NCBI GenBank assembly: GCA_024137785.1
Contig: JAHRHZ010000018.1
Location: forward strand, 51,620,229 to 51,684,228
DNA: 64,000 nucleotides
Direction: 5' to 3'
Origin: Ginglymostoma cirratum
Taxonomy: Eukaryota
This document shows positions 1-11,959 of this stretch, piece by piece. A model generated the notes under the pieces. That model worked only from the letters and a program-made list of their open reading frames with translations. It did no database searches and was not told where the DNA came from. Made by a program: the position numbers and the translations under genes. How positions within the stretch are numbered: the first letter of the stretch is position 1; each line of letters begins with the position of its first letter.

Positions 1-238
1 ACCTACACTCACCTTTACTGGCTCCATCCCCGCCTCTTCAACTTGTCTGCCTCCTCTCCACCTATCCTCTCCTCTATCCATCCTCTATCCGCCTCCCCGT
101 CTCTCCCTACTTATTTCAGAACACTCTTCCCCTCCCCCATTTCTGACGAAGGGTTTAGGCCCGAAACGTCAAGCTTTCCTGCTCCTATGATGCTGCTTGG
201 CCTGCTTTGTTCATCCAGCCCCACACCTTGTTATCTTG
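1..238 (+). mobile_element. Penelope-like element (PLE) terminal repeat (pLTR) fragment, cut by the window edge
   Basis: Nearly identical to the reverse complement of 8217-8452, which follows a GIY-YIG ORF. CT-rich tract, then a hammerhead motif, then the ...gatgctgcttggcctgc...ccttgttatct tail. Confidence 0.9.
140..173 (+). ncRNA. Minimal hammerhead ribozyme motif (PLE type), intact core
   Basis: CTGACGA (143-149), extra A, stem II GGGT/TTAG/GCCC, GAAA (163-166), C, GTC (168-170). Predicted cleavage 3' of 170. Stem I is short and stem III has no loop. Confidence 0.75.
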
Positions 239-929
239 GGTTAAGTTAGTGCCTCACCACAAAAACGTTACTTGGCCTTCAGACTGCTGTCGTCTATGTG
301 GATCTGTCCTCAGTGATCTGGATATTTCAGATGGGGCGTGTGTTAACAGCAAAGTTAATAGCAGTATATGGTAATGTCCAACACATCAGTCTGGAAGGTA
401 AGAAACAGACAGCATATACATTTGAGGGATACAACTGCAGCTGTTGGAATAAGATCAGTAGCAAAGGTCTCAGATTGGTCTCTCTCAGCTCTACTGCTGG
501 AAGGTGCTTCCTTGCGTATTTTCAGGTTCGCTGCTGCCTCCTTCTCTATCTCATTGTCTTCGTTCCCATAAAATCAAGAGCTTTTTAAATCCTCACAGCC
601 ATTGCAACTGGCCACTTTTCCTGTCACTGAATAAGACCTCAATTCTGGTGGCCTCACCCAGCTCACCTCAGTCAACCCTGCATAAGCTTTCTGTTCCTTT
701 TGAGGACCTGGAAGAGTGAGAATTCCTAAGTCCCATTTCCCAACTTCACGGACCTGATGTCTTTGGGTTGGATGTTTGTTCAACCCTCACAAAGCTCCTC
801 GAGGATGCCCACATTAGACCTTGAAGAGATAAAGCCGATACCCGCCTGACCTCTGGCCTGCCTGGCACATTCCAGGTGCACATAGGTAGAAAAGTCAATA
901 TTTCACATTTGAAACTACATTTGCAGAGG

Positions 930-1100
930 TGCTTTTCTCCATTTGAAATCCCTAATCTACTGTCCTGCTCATTCCCTATGCTTTTCTTCACCAATATTTA
1001 ATTCCCTTTTAAAAGCTTATTGACTAAATTTCAATAGCAATTTGTCGTGGAGAATTTTACACTCTGATCACCCTCTTTGTAAAGTTTTTTTTCCCCTCTA
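930..1100 (-). mobile_element. Highly decayed CR1 LINE 3' fragment
   Basis: Resembles the reverse complement of the CR1 3' ends elsewhere in the window (gaattttacactctgatcaccctctttgtaaag). Confidence 0.4.
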
Positions 1101-3112
1101 ATATGTCTATTCACTCTTTTCACACTTCTGCAATTTTGGACTTTTTCCATAGGACTAATAACATAGTATCAGTAAAATTGCTGGAGTGAATTTCAAATCT
1201 CTCACTGTATCTTTGGAAGAATATCAGCAAAAGCTGTCATTTATGCTACTTCTTCTGAGCTGCTGCTGATTTTCTGCCAATGTTACAGCGGGAGATCCGA
1301 AGTACCCCTGCAAGGATTCTAGCCAAGACTTATAGAGCACCCTACAACACTTTTGTTGTGAATCTGCATAAATCGTGACTGGTCCTTCATTCTGAGTACG
1401 AATAGAAATGTTTTTCTAATATTAATGCTGTGGATTTGCTTGTTTTGAATTTTATTGCTGAGTAAAAGAATTCTCTTTGGCTTCATATTTTATAAATCAA
1501 ACCACCTTCCTTCTCCAAACGTCTATGGAAAAAGGAAAGTTCATGTTTAAGGTCAACAATCTTTACTTTGGATATTTTTAGGCCCAGGATCAATGCACCC
1601 AGTAAGTTGCCTGGCTGTGCAGCCATTTGAATGCTCCTGTTTTCCACATGAGAAAGGGTACAATTCATTCCAGTTTCTACAGCATATCCCTTGCGTAAAA
1701 ATGATTAAAGATACAAATTAAAGATGCAATATTAATCAAAAGTCCTGCTGAATATTTGTGGAACAATAACCTTTAACGTTTTTTTCCCTGAAACTTGTTG
1801 TCTCTCCCAACAGATGTCCCCTACAGTCACCACCCTGTAGAAGAATTTAGAATGTGTAATTTGTAATTGATCAAGCAAAGAGAAAAACATGACCCCTGAA
1901 TTGCCAAACGATGATGTCAGGATTTAGTGGCTGTGTTGTTTTCAGAGATCAGAAGACATGACGGTTTAACAATGTGACTGGAGAAAACATTGAGTACAGT
2001 TGTACACAAATTTGGGCAAAAGCCTCTTTGTCTCTGTCAGATAGCATATACAACTTTTCAATTGCTGCAGTATGTACCGCATGAGTTGTTTGTATCTTCC
2101 CTCAGACTATCTTCTAAACACTAAACGTTAAGCTAATCTCCAAAAATGATTTTTAGAGGTGCTTCTATTTCTGAATACCCACGTCAACTTCAACAAAAAT
2201 AACCTTCAGTTTTTGCTTCACAATGGTACATATACACATTATTCTTATGTAACTTTAGCTGTTTTTGAATTTAATTTGCCTCAGTTTGGATCTCCTTTAG
2301 TTTTTCATTATTCCTGAACTGAGGAAATTAGCAATTCAATAATTATTTCTCTCCACCAATCAGGTATATTTCCCTTGTCCCATCCTGTCAGCTGGACATC
2401 CACGTACTATTAATTATCATTAATTTTGCCTAGTTCCTACCCACAATATATCACTTCTCTGATTTTCTTCTGTCCTGTTGCTGTCTCAACATTGAATTCC
2501 CTTTGACTAAGACCGTGGCTATCATCTCGGCAATTCCCTGCTCGAGCCATTGCAGCATCACCTATTGCCTGATCACAATGTCATTTCAACTTCCATGTTC
2601 TCCTCTCTCGGATACTTTCATGGTTAATCTCACCAACCCTCTTTCCATCCCCAGCATCCCACCTGCCACCATCTTTTTAGACTCCACCTGTGGATCAACA
2701 GGTTGCATCTGTTGCTCCCCGTTGCATCTTCCTCTATGTTAGTTTTATCTACATTTTACTTTGATGTTGATCGGGCAGGATTCAGCATGGAACCCAGTGT
2801 CTTCCTTTCATGTTGTCCTGGAGGAGCCTGACAACTTGTCAAACCTGAGGTCAACCAAACTTTAAGAAAATTTTCCAATCATCCTCCTGGCTCATTTAAA
2901 AACAGACTTAGCAGGATCAATCGACAGCACGTATGAATCATGGTTTGTCCTTAATACTTCTGGCGTAGCTACCAAACTGCAAATAACACATCATGAGTAC
3001 GTCTACCAGCTCTGATACCACTCTGGCCAATTGGCAGAGGCCATAGGAGCAGGTTGTTTATTATTCATGCATTTAAAGAAAAAATTAAAAGATCTTCCTA
3101 TCAAAGTGTAAT

Positions 3113-3617
3113 CTTACCCAGTTATAGGAAGGACGTTATCAAGCTAGAGAGGATCCAGAGGTGATTTACTAGGATGTTGTGAGGTATGGAAGGTTTGAGT
3201 AATAAAGAAAGGCTTGATAGGCTAGGACTTTTTTCACTGGAGCATTGGAGGTTGAGCGGTGACCGCATAGAAGTTTATAAAATCATGAGGGATATACTTA
3301 GGGTTAACAGTAGTTGTTTTTTCCCTAGGGTGTGGACATAGGTAGGGTTAATGGTGGGTGTCTTTTCCATAAGATGTGGGATTTCAAGACCAGGGGCACA
3401 TTCTTAAGGTAAGAGGAGCGAAATTTAAAAAAGACTTGAGGGGCAAATTTTTTTTACACAGAAGGTAGTTTGCATGTGAAACAAACTTCCTGAGGAAGTG
3501 GTGGAGGGATAAGGGCCAGGATCAGGCAAGTGGGACTAGTTTAGTTTGGGATTATATTCGGCATGGACTGTTTGGACCGAAGGGTCTGTTCCTGTGCTGT
3601 ATGACTCAATGACTCTA
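3113..3617 (+). mobile_element. CR1 (HER1-like) LINE 3' fragment
   Basis: Encodes a decayed RT C-terminus (YRKDVIKLERIQR.FTRML...LGLFSLE..RLSGD..EVYKIMRG) and ends in a (tatgactc)n tail. Homologous to 25630-26198 and 33245-34100. Confidence 0.9.
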
Positions 3618-4599
3618 TTAATCTAATCAAATGATGAGCCTACTACTTCAATTCATCCAAAGATAGATTGTTAAGGATCTTTTCTGAGGGAGAAAGTGTT
3701 TAGAAAACCAAGTTAGTGCCACCAGTCGTCCTGTGCCTATGTTGTTTTATCTGCAAGGTTCTTAAAATAATTCTAAACTGGCAACTATTCAAGTTAGAAT
3801 TGTGTCAGTGATTTTCTGAAACTGGATAATAAATCTACACAGCAGCTTTCCAAAAAGTCCTAGAGTGTTTCCCTTGCTGTGTACAGTAATTAGTATTAAA
3901 TAACCATTCATGGAAACATAATGATTAGCTTTTTCATGATTCACATTTTTGTTCACAGCCAAATTCTGCTATTTAAGAAGACAAAGGTAAATTTTAAGTG
4001 TTTTTGAACCAACATTAACCCTTCTACTTGCTGTCCATTTCAAGCATCTCCAAATGTTGCTTTGGTGATAAATCAGTAAAAAGCTTGGCTAAAATTCCCA
4101 ACAAATCATATCCACAAACTGTTTACGTTTGTAACAATTTATTGTGTGAACAAAGCTATCAGTGGAAATGGAAACATGTCCCATGTGATGACATTATGGC
4201 ATCATTATTGGTATGTGTGAAATTTGTTTCAAAAAGATTTCTTTTGGTAAATTAACAAATGAAGTGGTGAGGGCAGTTGGGAGCAGTTGGCTGTCCCTAG
4301 CACCCTGAGTAGGTCATAGGTTTACAAACTTGACTTGCAGCCTGGCAAGATGTACCTCTTATGACCAAAGCTTCCTGTAGCTCTGCTCTACACGTACTGC
4401 ACTTGTTAGAATGTTTAGGTGGTACCAGAATGGCGTTTCCACAACATTATTGAATTGCCACCATGTCAATTCGTTGAATGATAGGAAAGCCCATACAAAA
4501 TCAGCAAAAAGCTTCACTTTTGAAATGTTCTCCCAAAGGAGCAAATGGACTCCTTAGATACTAATCAATCCCTAAAGGAGATGGAGTGCCTTTCCCTGG

Positions 4600-4762
4600 G
4601 GACTTTGTCAGGCCTCAGTCTCGCTCCTTGAGATGGTGAGCATTCAGCTGAGACCTTCACAAGAAGGTAGCTCAATCCCTCATTCTCCAGGGAAATTAAT
4701 GGTTTGGTCATAAATGTTAGCATTAAGAGATGTCTACTTCCCATGAATGATGAATAAAAAAA
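4600..4762 (+). mobile_element. Decayed 3' tail of the APE-type LINE / tRNA-SINE family also at 24389 and 39170
   Basis: caagaaggtagctca...cataaatgttagc...cccatgaatgatgaataaaaaa resembles the tails at 24680-24752 and 39750-39845. Confidence 0.5.
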
Positions 4763-4904
4763 GGGAGGTGTTTGTCCATAGCAAAAATGCCTTTAGCAAA
4801 TTAGAACAATTACAGGAGAGTGATAGCTTGCAGAACTGGCTAAGAGCAGGACTCCTTTAAAATGAGCATTCTTTAAGGGGTCGCCTGATAGTTTTTAGGG
4901 GTTG

Positions 4905-5115
4905 GTTAGTGCCATTAGCTCGATCAGCAGAGTATGATGCAGAATCAAGCCAACTGCACAGGTAAGGCCCCTGTATTTGCTGTGGTAGTGAATGGAAGCC
5001 TGTCTCATCACCTTACTTCAGACATGTGAAGTGGTTACCCTCAAGCTAAACATTACCTGTTATATTTCTCCATAATGGACAGAAATGTCTATGATCCTTT
5101 TTAGGCTCTGATTCC
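4905..5115 (+). mobile_element. tRNA-derived SINE (second family), decayed
   Basis: A-box-like tagctcgatc. Body gtggttaccctcaagctaaac matches the reverse complement of 30810-30990. Confidence 0.55.
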
Positions 5116-5142
5116 TAATATGCAATTGAGGTTTTTAACAGT

Positions 5143-5280
5143 GAGTTCTGAACAAGGGCCATTGGACCTGAAACATTAACTCTTTCTCTCCACAGATGTT
5201 GCCTGACCTGCTGAGTTTTTCCAGCAATTTCTGCTCTTGTTTCTGATTTCCAGCATCTGCAGTTCTTTCAGTTTATTTTT
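5143..5280 (+). mobile_element. PLE terminal fragment with a degenerate hammerhead (GAGTT...AACTC subtype)
   Basis: GAGTT-CTGAACA-AGGGCC ATT GGACCT-GAAA-CATT-AACTC (5143-5182), then ...cctgacctgctgagttttt...ccagcatctgcag tail. Confidence 0.75.
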
Positions 5281-5409
5281 AAAGTATAGGCAGGTCTGGG
5301 AGCAATTGTAAGGAGAATCTTATATTTGGTTTGGATAAGTAAAAACTGTGTTGGATTTTATGGAGAGATTCTCACTAAGAAGTCCAGCAAGATTTTTCGC
5401 CTTATCTTA

Positions 5410-5890
5410 TTTACTTGATCCCTATGACATCCTTCACATTTTACATTAGGGTTTCCCTTCCACCTTCAATCCCACTAACCTCCATATTCAACATTTCATC
5501 CTCTACCCCATTTGGAACATCTCTAGGGTGATGCTACCACCAAAAACATTATTCCCTCCTTAATGGTCCATCTCTCCTTCACACCATGATTATGACACCA
5601 TCTTTCCCAACACCACCTCCTTTTTCAATGGCACCTTTCCAAGCAAGCTTAGATGATGCAACACCTGTCCTTTCACCTCCACTCCTCCCATTGTGCATTC
5701 AGCAAAACTAAATTAACTAGTATCAGAATAGTAGTTACTTTCTGAAGTTGTTAAACTCAATATTGAGTACAGAAGGTTGAAAAGTGCTGAGGCAAAAAGT
5801 GAGGTGTGGTTCTTGGAGCTTGCATTAAGCTTAATCCGAATGCTGGGCTGAATGGTCAGAGTGGGAACAAAATGGGGAATTAAAGAGGTA
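5410..5890. pseudogene. Rearranged Neptune-type PLE remnant: RT/linker on +, GIY-YIG end on -
   Basis: Plus strand ~5625-5690 gives GTFPSKLR*CNTCPFTS (cysteine linker). Minus strand ~5740-5885 gives ...CKLQEPHLTFCLSTFQPSVLNIEFNNFR, homologous to the end of the 8584-8964 ORF. Confidence 0.65.
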
Positions 5891-7307
5891 CACCAGTTCT
5901 GTCAGCTCCCTTTCCCGCAAAATGTTTTGATCTCTTTGCTAAGCATCCAACCATAGTCCAAGCCTGAGACTCCAGATAAACCCAACTTATCCAGCAAGCT
6001 TGTGAACCTGGTGTCACTTTACTGACTCAACAGTTCCAATGCAAGCTAGAAGTCAAAAAAACCCTGGTCTGGAATTTCTGTCCTCAGACCCCAAATACTT
6101 TTACAATTAGGTTAGTGTGAGTTTTTGAGGTCTTCAGTAAATCTGATGGAAAACCAGAACCTAACATGTCAGTGTCTAGACCTAATAACCAACTCCTTCA
6201 ACCTATTCCCTTCAAAGTACTGCAAGAATTGATCAGAAAGTTTGCAGAGTTTCAACTCAATATTCTGCAAACTTAGCCCATGCCCGTTGAACCTGTGCTC
6301 CTTTTCCATGCCAGCCTGGTGAATCAGCAAGTACGGTGATTAGTTATCTTCCTTTAAGCCTTAAGTATGGTCAGGCTGAAACATTTGGCAATGAACAATT
6401 GGAGTGAGGTTAAGCCTCCATTGGTAGACACAACAAATGTGATTCTTAAACAAGTAGGGTTACATTATTCTATCCTAAATGGTTGAGCTAGACAGGCTCA
6501 TCTATCATACCACAGGTAAACTCACCACTGGATGTGTGGGCTTTGTATATTGCACTTCAGAAAGCTTGGTGTTTGTAGCAATAAGGAGGCCCTGGCTGTG
6601 AAAATGATGGCCAGTTTTGTACTCAGCACTTCTGTCATCTCTTTTCATTTGTATTTTTCACTGATTATAACAATTAATCTTATGGACTGTTCCTCATGCG
6701 GTAGAAACCAGTATCTTTTCAAGAAGGGGTGATATTGGTGAACTTGTAAATTGCATGGTCCCAACAATTAGAGTAGAAGATGTCTGTTTGGGAATTCAAA
6801 GTCGATAAAGGTAGTTTTCTGAGGTGGAATTCCTTGACTTTGAAAGCACATAGTGGCAGCTTTGCCAGGCAGGATATTCATACAATACAAGCAAATACAA
6901 GAGGCTTTTCAAAGCAGGCTGTGTTTTATTGTTCAAATGGATAATACCTAATTATTGCCATATTAATCGCTTTAAACCCAACAATTGATTTTAACACCAA
7001 TATATAGCAACTTAAACAGGCAGTTGAATGGTACCACTCAAAACCATGCATCAGTTTTGAAACAACAGTTTTCTCAGTAGAATATAATTAGAACATTATA
7101 AACTATTACAGCCTAAGTGCGAACTGTAAAAGATTAAATATTAATGGCTAAACTATCCATAGAGGTGAAGGTCTTTCATCTGTGATTCCTCATTTATAGC
7201 TAATTGTCACGGTGCTTTCACAACACATGTGATCGCTTCGATGTCAGGATCGAGTGAATGATTAAAGTTTGGGGCAGTGAGATTAAGACAAGAAGAGTGA
7301 CAATGAG

Positions 7308-7489
7308 ATAGTAGGAACTGCAGATGCTGGAGAATCTGAGATAACAAGGATGAACACAGCAGGCGAAGCAGCATCAGAGGAGCAGGAAGGCTGAAATGAA
7401 GAAAGGGTCTAGGCCCGAAACATCAGCCTTCCTGCTCCTCTGATGCTGCTTGGCCTGCTGTGTTCATCCAGCTCTACACCTTGTTATCT
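7308..7489. mobile_element. Fold-back (palindromic) PLE-end mini-element with 15-bp TSD
   Basis: Arm 7339-7394 is inverted at 7423-7489 (left arm has an internal deletion). The loop holds a hammerhead remnant tgaagaaagggtctaggcccgaaacatc. Flanks are aagagtgacaatgag (7293-7307) and aagactgtcaatgag (7490-7504). Confidence 0.85.
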
Positions 7490-8282
7490 AAGACTGTCAA
7501 TGAGGCCCATTCTGTCTTTGACAAAAAACCTTTCTTTTGTTTTCAGCCACAACAGCACTGTCCTCCAATAACCGACAAAAAGCTTGCTTCTTATAAAGAC
7601 AGCTACTGATAGTTGGAATGCTGGTACGTCTATCCATTTAGCCTAAAGTAAGTGGGATGCACCTCTATGAGGTAAACAGCAAGATGGGACTTGACACTGA
7701 TAGCAAATCAAACCCTTCTCCATCACCCAAATTACAAGAACACGTGCAGTTTAATTTTCAGGAAAGAGAGCCTTAGCTGAGAAGAAACAACAGAGGTGAC
7801 TGCCCTAACAATGAGTTAGATAAGCAGAATGGAGCTTGCTACTTCATTGGAGGGGATCCAAAGGAAAGAGATAATTTGACATATTTTCATTCCTCCACTC
7901 TTGAAATAACGAGATAAGAAACATAAAGTAATTAGTATGATCAATCACCTTTCACTTTACATATTGTTCAAAACCTTAGATAGTACATGAAGGCATCCAC
8001 AGTAATATTCAATAAATAACTTCCACTGAGATTAAGCACAGCACTTGTCTGAAATACCTGAGGAGCAGGGCAATGCCAGCAGGCACATGTTTGAAGGTGA
8101 TTGTTGATGTGAACGGTGAATCATGTAGAGGACATGTCTCATTTGCCGTCCAAATAAGATTTCGAATGGAACGCTTCAAATGAAATCTTATCAGATCTGG
8201 ACTCCATTCAAATCCTAGATAACAAGGTGTGGAGCTGGATGAACACAGCAGGCCAAGCAGCATCATAGGAGCAGGAAAGCTT

Positions 8283-8310
8283 GACGTTTCGGGCCTAGAC
8301 CCTTCATCAG
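8283..8310 (-). ncRNA. Minimal hammerhead ribozyme motif, intact core
   Basis: Minus strand reads CTGATGA-A-GGGT CTAG GCCC-GAAA-C-GTC. Confidence 0.75.
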
Positions 8311-8583
8311 AAATGGGGGAGGGGAAGAGGGTTCTGAAATAAATAGGGAGAGAGGGGGAAGCGGATAGAAGATGGAGAGAGGAGAGGATAGGTGGAGAGG
8401 AGGCAGACAAGTCGGAGAGGCAGGGATGGGGCCAGTAAAGGTGAGTGTAGGTGGGGGGGGGTAGGGAGGAGATAGGTCAGTCCAGGGAGGACGGACAGGT
8501 CAAGGGGGCGGGATGAGGTTAGTAGATAGGAGATGGGGGTGGGGCTTGAGGTGGGAGGAGGGGTAGGTGAGAGGAAGGACAGG

Positions 8584-8964
8584 TTAGGGAGGCGGGGACG
8601 AGCTGAGCTGGTTTTGAGATGCGACTGGGGGAGGGGAGATTTTGAAGCTTGTGAAATCCACATTGATACCATAGGGCTGCAGGGTTCCCAGGCTGAATAT
8701 GATTTGCTGTTCCTGCAGCCTTCGGGTGGCATCATTGTGGCATTGCATGAGGCCCTGGATGGACACGTCGTCTGAGGAATGGGAGGGGGAATTGAAATGG
8801 TTCGCGACTGGGAGGTGCAGCTGTTTGTTGCGAACTGAGCGCAGGTGTTCTGCAAAGCGGTCCCCAAGCCTCCGCTTGGTTTCCCCGATGTAGAGGAGGC
8901 CACAACAGGTACAGCGGATGCAGTATACCACATTGGCGGATGTGCAGGTGAACATCTGCCTCAC
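8584..8964 (-). CDS. GIY-YIG endonuclease domain of a PLE ORF (open but 5'-truncated; no RT)
   Basis: VVYCIRCTCCGLLYIGETKRRLGDRFAEH...VANHFN...EQQIIFSLGTLQPYGIN shows the GIY/YIG motifs, conserved R, E and N, and the CxxC/H/H zinc-finger residues. Confidence 0.85.
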   Translation of the reverse strand: MRQMFTCTSANVVYCIRCTCCGLLYIGETKRRLGDRFAEHLRSVRNKQLHLPVANHFNSPSHSSDDVSIQGLMQCHNDATRRLQEQQIIFSLGTLQPYGINVDFTSFKISPPPVASQNQLSSSPPP

Positions 8965-9171
8965 CTACACTCACCTTTACTGGCTCCATCCCCGCCTCTT
9001 TGACTTGTCTGCCTCCTCTCCACCTATTCTCTCCTCTATCCATCTTCTATTCTTTTTAAGCATTGTTAAGAAGTCAGCATGCTTCTTATATTCAGGTGAA
9101 TAAAAAATCTTTAAATGTTGCATCGTTCAAAAGTGCAGACAAATTATGCAGTGCTTTAGCATCTTAAATAA

Positions 9172-9308
9172 AGGCAAAACACTGTGGATGCTGGAAATCT
9201 GAAACAAACACAGAGAATGCAGGAGGAACTCAGCAGGTCTGACAGCATCAATGGGGAGAGAAACAGAGTTAATGCTTTGAGACCAGTGTGATGCTTCTTC
9301 CGAACTGA
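9172..9308 (-). mobile_element. Older PLE terminal fragment with a decayed hammerhead
   Basis: gatgctggaaatctgaaacaaacacagagaatgc...gagttaatgctttga...ttcttccgaact, the same layout as 10675-10783. Confidence 0.65.
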
Positions 9309-9979
9309 GTTTCTTGATTATTCTCTGTGTTCGGTGCTCTAACATCAAATAGTTTGCAGTCAAATGCACGAATTGTAATTGTTTTTACTGTATTTTCTGT
9401 GTAAATTATTAGAATGTTGCATGCAGTTATCAATGAGCCCTAATGATTGCGTGATTTAAATGTTCTTTTAAGAGTGTGAAGGATTGGAATTGGATAGTCA
9501 GAGTTAAAATGGTTTAACCTCAATATTAATCCCCACGGGGCAGGCAGAAGGAGATTTAAAAAACTAAAATCGGTGATGTGACCCCAAACAGCAGTATATC
9601 CTCTTATTGCAGACTTTTATAGGTTTATAGGGGACTGAACATCCCATGACAGATAGGCAGGGTACTTCCTGAAATTGTTTTACCCAGTTTCCACAGTGCA
9701 ATTAGGAGCCTAATTTAAATTACGCCTCTCTGGGCTAATATGCTGAAAAGCCCCACTATTTTTCAGACATATCAAATATTAAAATCTTTTTAAAATTACA
9801 AACAGTGCTCCAATTTACCTGACGTTCAGACCAAGGTTCATAGGAAGCATGGACCAGGTTTCTTTATAAGACAAGAATTATTGTTTTCTACAAGTAATTA
9901 GACTTTAACTACAAGTAAACAGATATAAACTATTGGCATATAACATCACTAACTAAAACTTCAATCACCTTATTAACTT

Positions 9980-10057
9980 CCTCTCTCTCTCTGTCTATCC
10001 CTCACAAGTATACACACACATATATATACACAGATAGACACGCACACACACACACAC
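9980..10057. repeat. Compound (CT)n/(CA)n/(TA)n microsatellite
   Basis: Directly visible. Confidence 0.85.
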
Positions 10058-10674
10058 GCCAACAAATGGGGATAATAGATTAATATCGGAGGTAGAAAAA
10101 CTGGCAAGTCAGTTCAGTGGACAACGCTTTTCAATTCCAATTTTCAGATGAGCCTTATTTGGTTGGCCAGACCTCTTGTTCACATCTTTCTCTCCTGCTT
10201 CCATTGGCTTGCAAGAGGTTCAGAGTAACTGATTCACTTGAAAAATGTCTCTGCGTTATCAATTTAGCTCACAGCAACAGCTGCAGAAAGGTAATTGATT
10301 TACTTCAGGTTTCAGCTATGTTTTTGACGGTAGAGAACAGGCAGCTTCTGGACTTGGAGAAGATCACCACACTTCTTTTTCTCTCTTCTCTCTGTTTCTG
10401 TAACTTGTTTCCAGCTCCAAGCTGCTCAGTCATGGAGAGCCAACCAAACTGTTGTTGGCAAGCAAACTGTCACTAGTCCACAGATCAATCAACTTCTTGT
10501 TGCCATCAAGAGCTGCATTGGTATGTACTCTCACCTCCAGGTTGTTTCCAATCCGAACTTCAATTCCTGCTTACACAAACAGTTGTTTCCAATGCCAGCC
10601 AAGGTGTCATGTTACTTACTTTCAAAACTGCAGCCATTCTTTTAAATATTGACTTTTAAAACAGCTCTTCTCAT

Positions 10675-10783
10675 TTCAGAAACAAAAACAGAAATTGCTG
10701 GAAAAGTCCAGCAGGTCTGGCAGCATCTGTGCAGGGAAGTCAGAGTTAATGTTTTGGGTCTGGTGACCCTTCCTCAGAACTCA
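10675..10783 (-). mobile_element. PLE terminal fragment with hammerhead (GAGTT...AACTC subtype, GAAA mutated)
   Basis: Minus strand 10782-10743 reads GAGTT-CTGAGGA-A-GGGTC ACCA GACCC-AAAA-CATT-AACTC. Confidence 0.75.
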
Positions 10784-11565
10784 TTTCAGTCTTTTTTTTT
10801 TAGACACAAAGATAAGAACACATGGTCCTTACACAATGAAAGAATGTCATTCAAGAAGGTGTATGCAGTTAATAGCATTCTTTGTGGTTCAGGAGTGGTT
10901 CCCCACTGCTTCAAAGGAACCTTAACCCTCTGTTCTATTGCTTGGGCTCCCCTGCCTCTATCCACTGAGAATTCTCCACCAACCTTGATTTATCAATAGC
11001 CTTCCTCCTGATCAATGAGGATCACCCCGAAGAATGGGTGGTTATGGCTTCCTATCATTAATTGATCCTGTCAAATTAACAACTGAATTAAGCAAAGAAA
11101 TTCTGAACCCGAAGACTCAGACAGCAAGTACAGGTTTCCCTTTGTATGATATTACTTTGTTCAAAACATTGACTATTATTGAGTTCATGAAGAATTATTC
11201 TTATGGCAGTCTAAAAGGTATCTTTTTCCAGTTTGGAACTGTATCTCCTTCACCCATTATCTCCCTGTTTAGTTTAGACTATTATTCTGGAATAAATTTG
11301 TCTTCATTGTTTTACCAATTCATGGCAGTAAAGTTGGGCTGCACAGTGTCGCTGGTGTTGGTGTTAGGTCAAGCTCCAAAACAAACTGCTGGAAGATTTC
11401 TGAGCATCTCTGGTGTGGTCCACACACTGATACTAGCACAGATTTGTTGTGCAAAGTCTTAAAACAAGCAGAGCAACTGGATGAGGATGGTGAATGAAGG
11501 AACAATCCACCATCTTGGACTGTGGAAATCCAGTACCAGCATCTGTTAATCATAGGTAAGTTGTC

Positions 11566-11898
11566 ATAGAAATCCTACAGTGTGGAAACAGGCCATTTGG
11601 CCCAACAAGTCCACACTGCCCCTCCAAAGAGCATCCCACACAGACCCATTCCCCCACACCTGCATTTCCCTTGTCTAACCCACCTAACCTAAACATCCCT
11701 GGGCAATTTAGTATAGCCAATTCACTTACCCTGCAAATCTTTGGACTATGGTAGGAAACAGAAGCACCTGGAGGAAACCCACTCAGACACAGGACGAACG
11801 TACAAACTCCACACAGACAGTCGCCCAAGGCTGGAATTGAACCTGGGTCCCTGGTGCTGTGAGGCAGCTGTGCTAACCACAGACCCACTGTGCCGCCC
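11566..11898 (-). mobile_element. HE1-like (V-core) tRNA-derived SINE, near full length
   Basis: Minus strand begins gggcggcacagtggg...ggttagcac (A box) and ggttcaattcc (B box), then the V-core tgtgtggagtttgtacgttc...gggtttcctccaggtgct and a CR1-like tail ending ggatttctatg. Confidence 0.9.
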
Positions 11899-11959
11899 CA
11901 GCTGAGCATGATATCTTCCCCACCCACATATCTTATAGGAGTCTGAGGGACGCAGTACA

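Larger units (their letters stand above)
8217..9050 (-). mobile_element. 5'-truncated Penelope-like retroelement with an inverted partial pLTR at its 5' end
   Basis: GIY-YIG ORF, then pLTR and tail on the minus strand. 8962-9050 is an inverted copy of ~8365-8453, the typical PLE inversion structure. Confidence 0.9.
9820..10900 (-). mobile_element. Putative LTR-like interspersed repeat (same family as 31750-32620), containing microsatellites and a PLE insertion
   Basis: 9855-9900 (ccaggtttctttataagacaagaattattgttttctacaagtaatt) resembles the reverse complement of 32475-32520. The LTR identity is inferred. Confidence 0.35.

Noticed and set aside
331-397. AG...GTAAG-bounded 67-nt segment, same length as two other candidate exons
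   Set aside because: Weak pyrimidine tract, no similarity to the others and no recognisable peptide. The length match is probably chance.
7548-7647. Strong acceptor (ttttgttttcag) with a downstream gtaagt
   Set aside because: Stops in all three frames and no other support. At most a non-coding exon.
8307-8933. 208-aa ORF, the longest in the track, plus overlapping ORFs 8009-8410 and 43-249
   Set aside because: Alternative frames over the GIY-YIG domain and the CT-rich pLTR. Low-complexity Pro/Ser/Leu sequence, not host genes.
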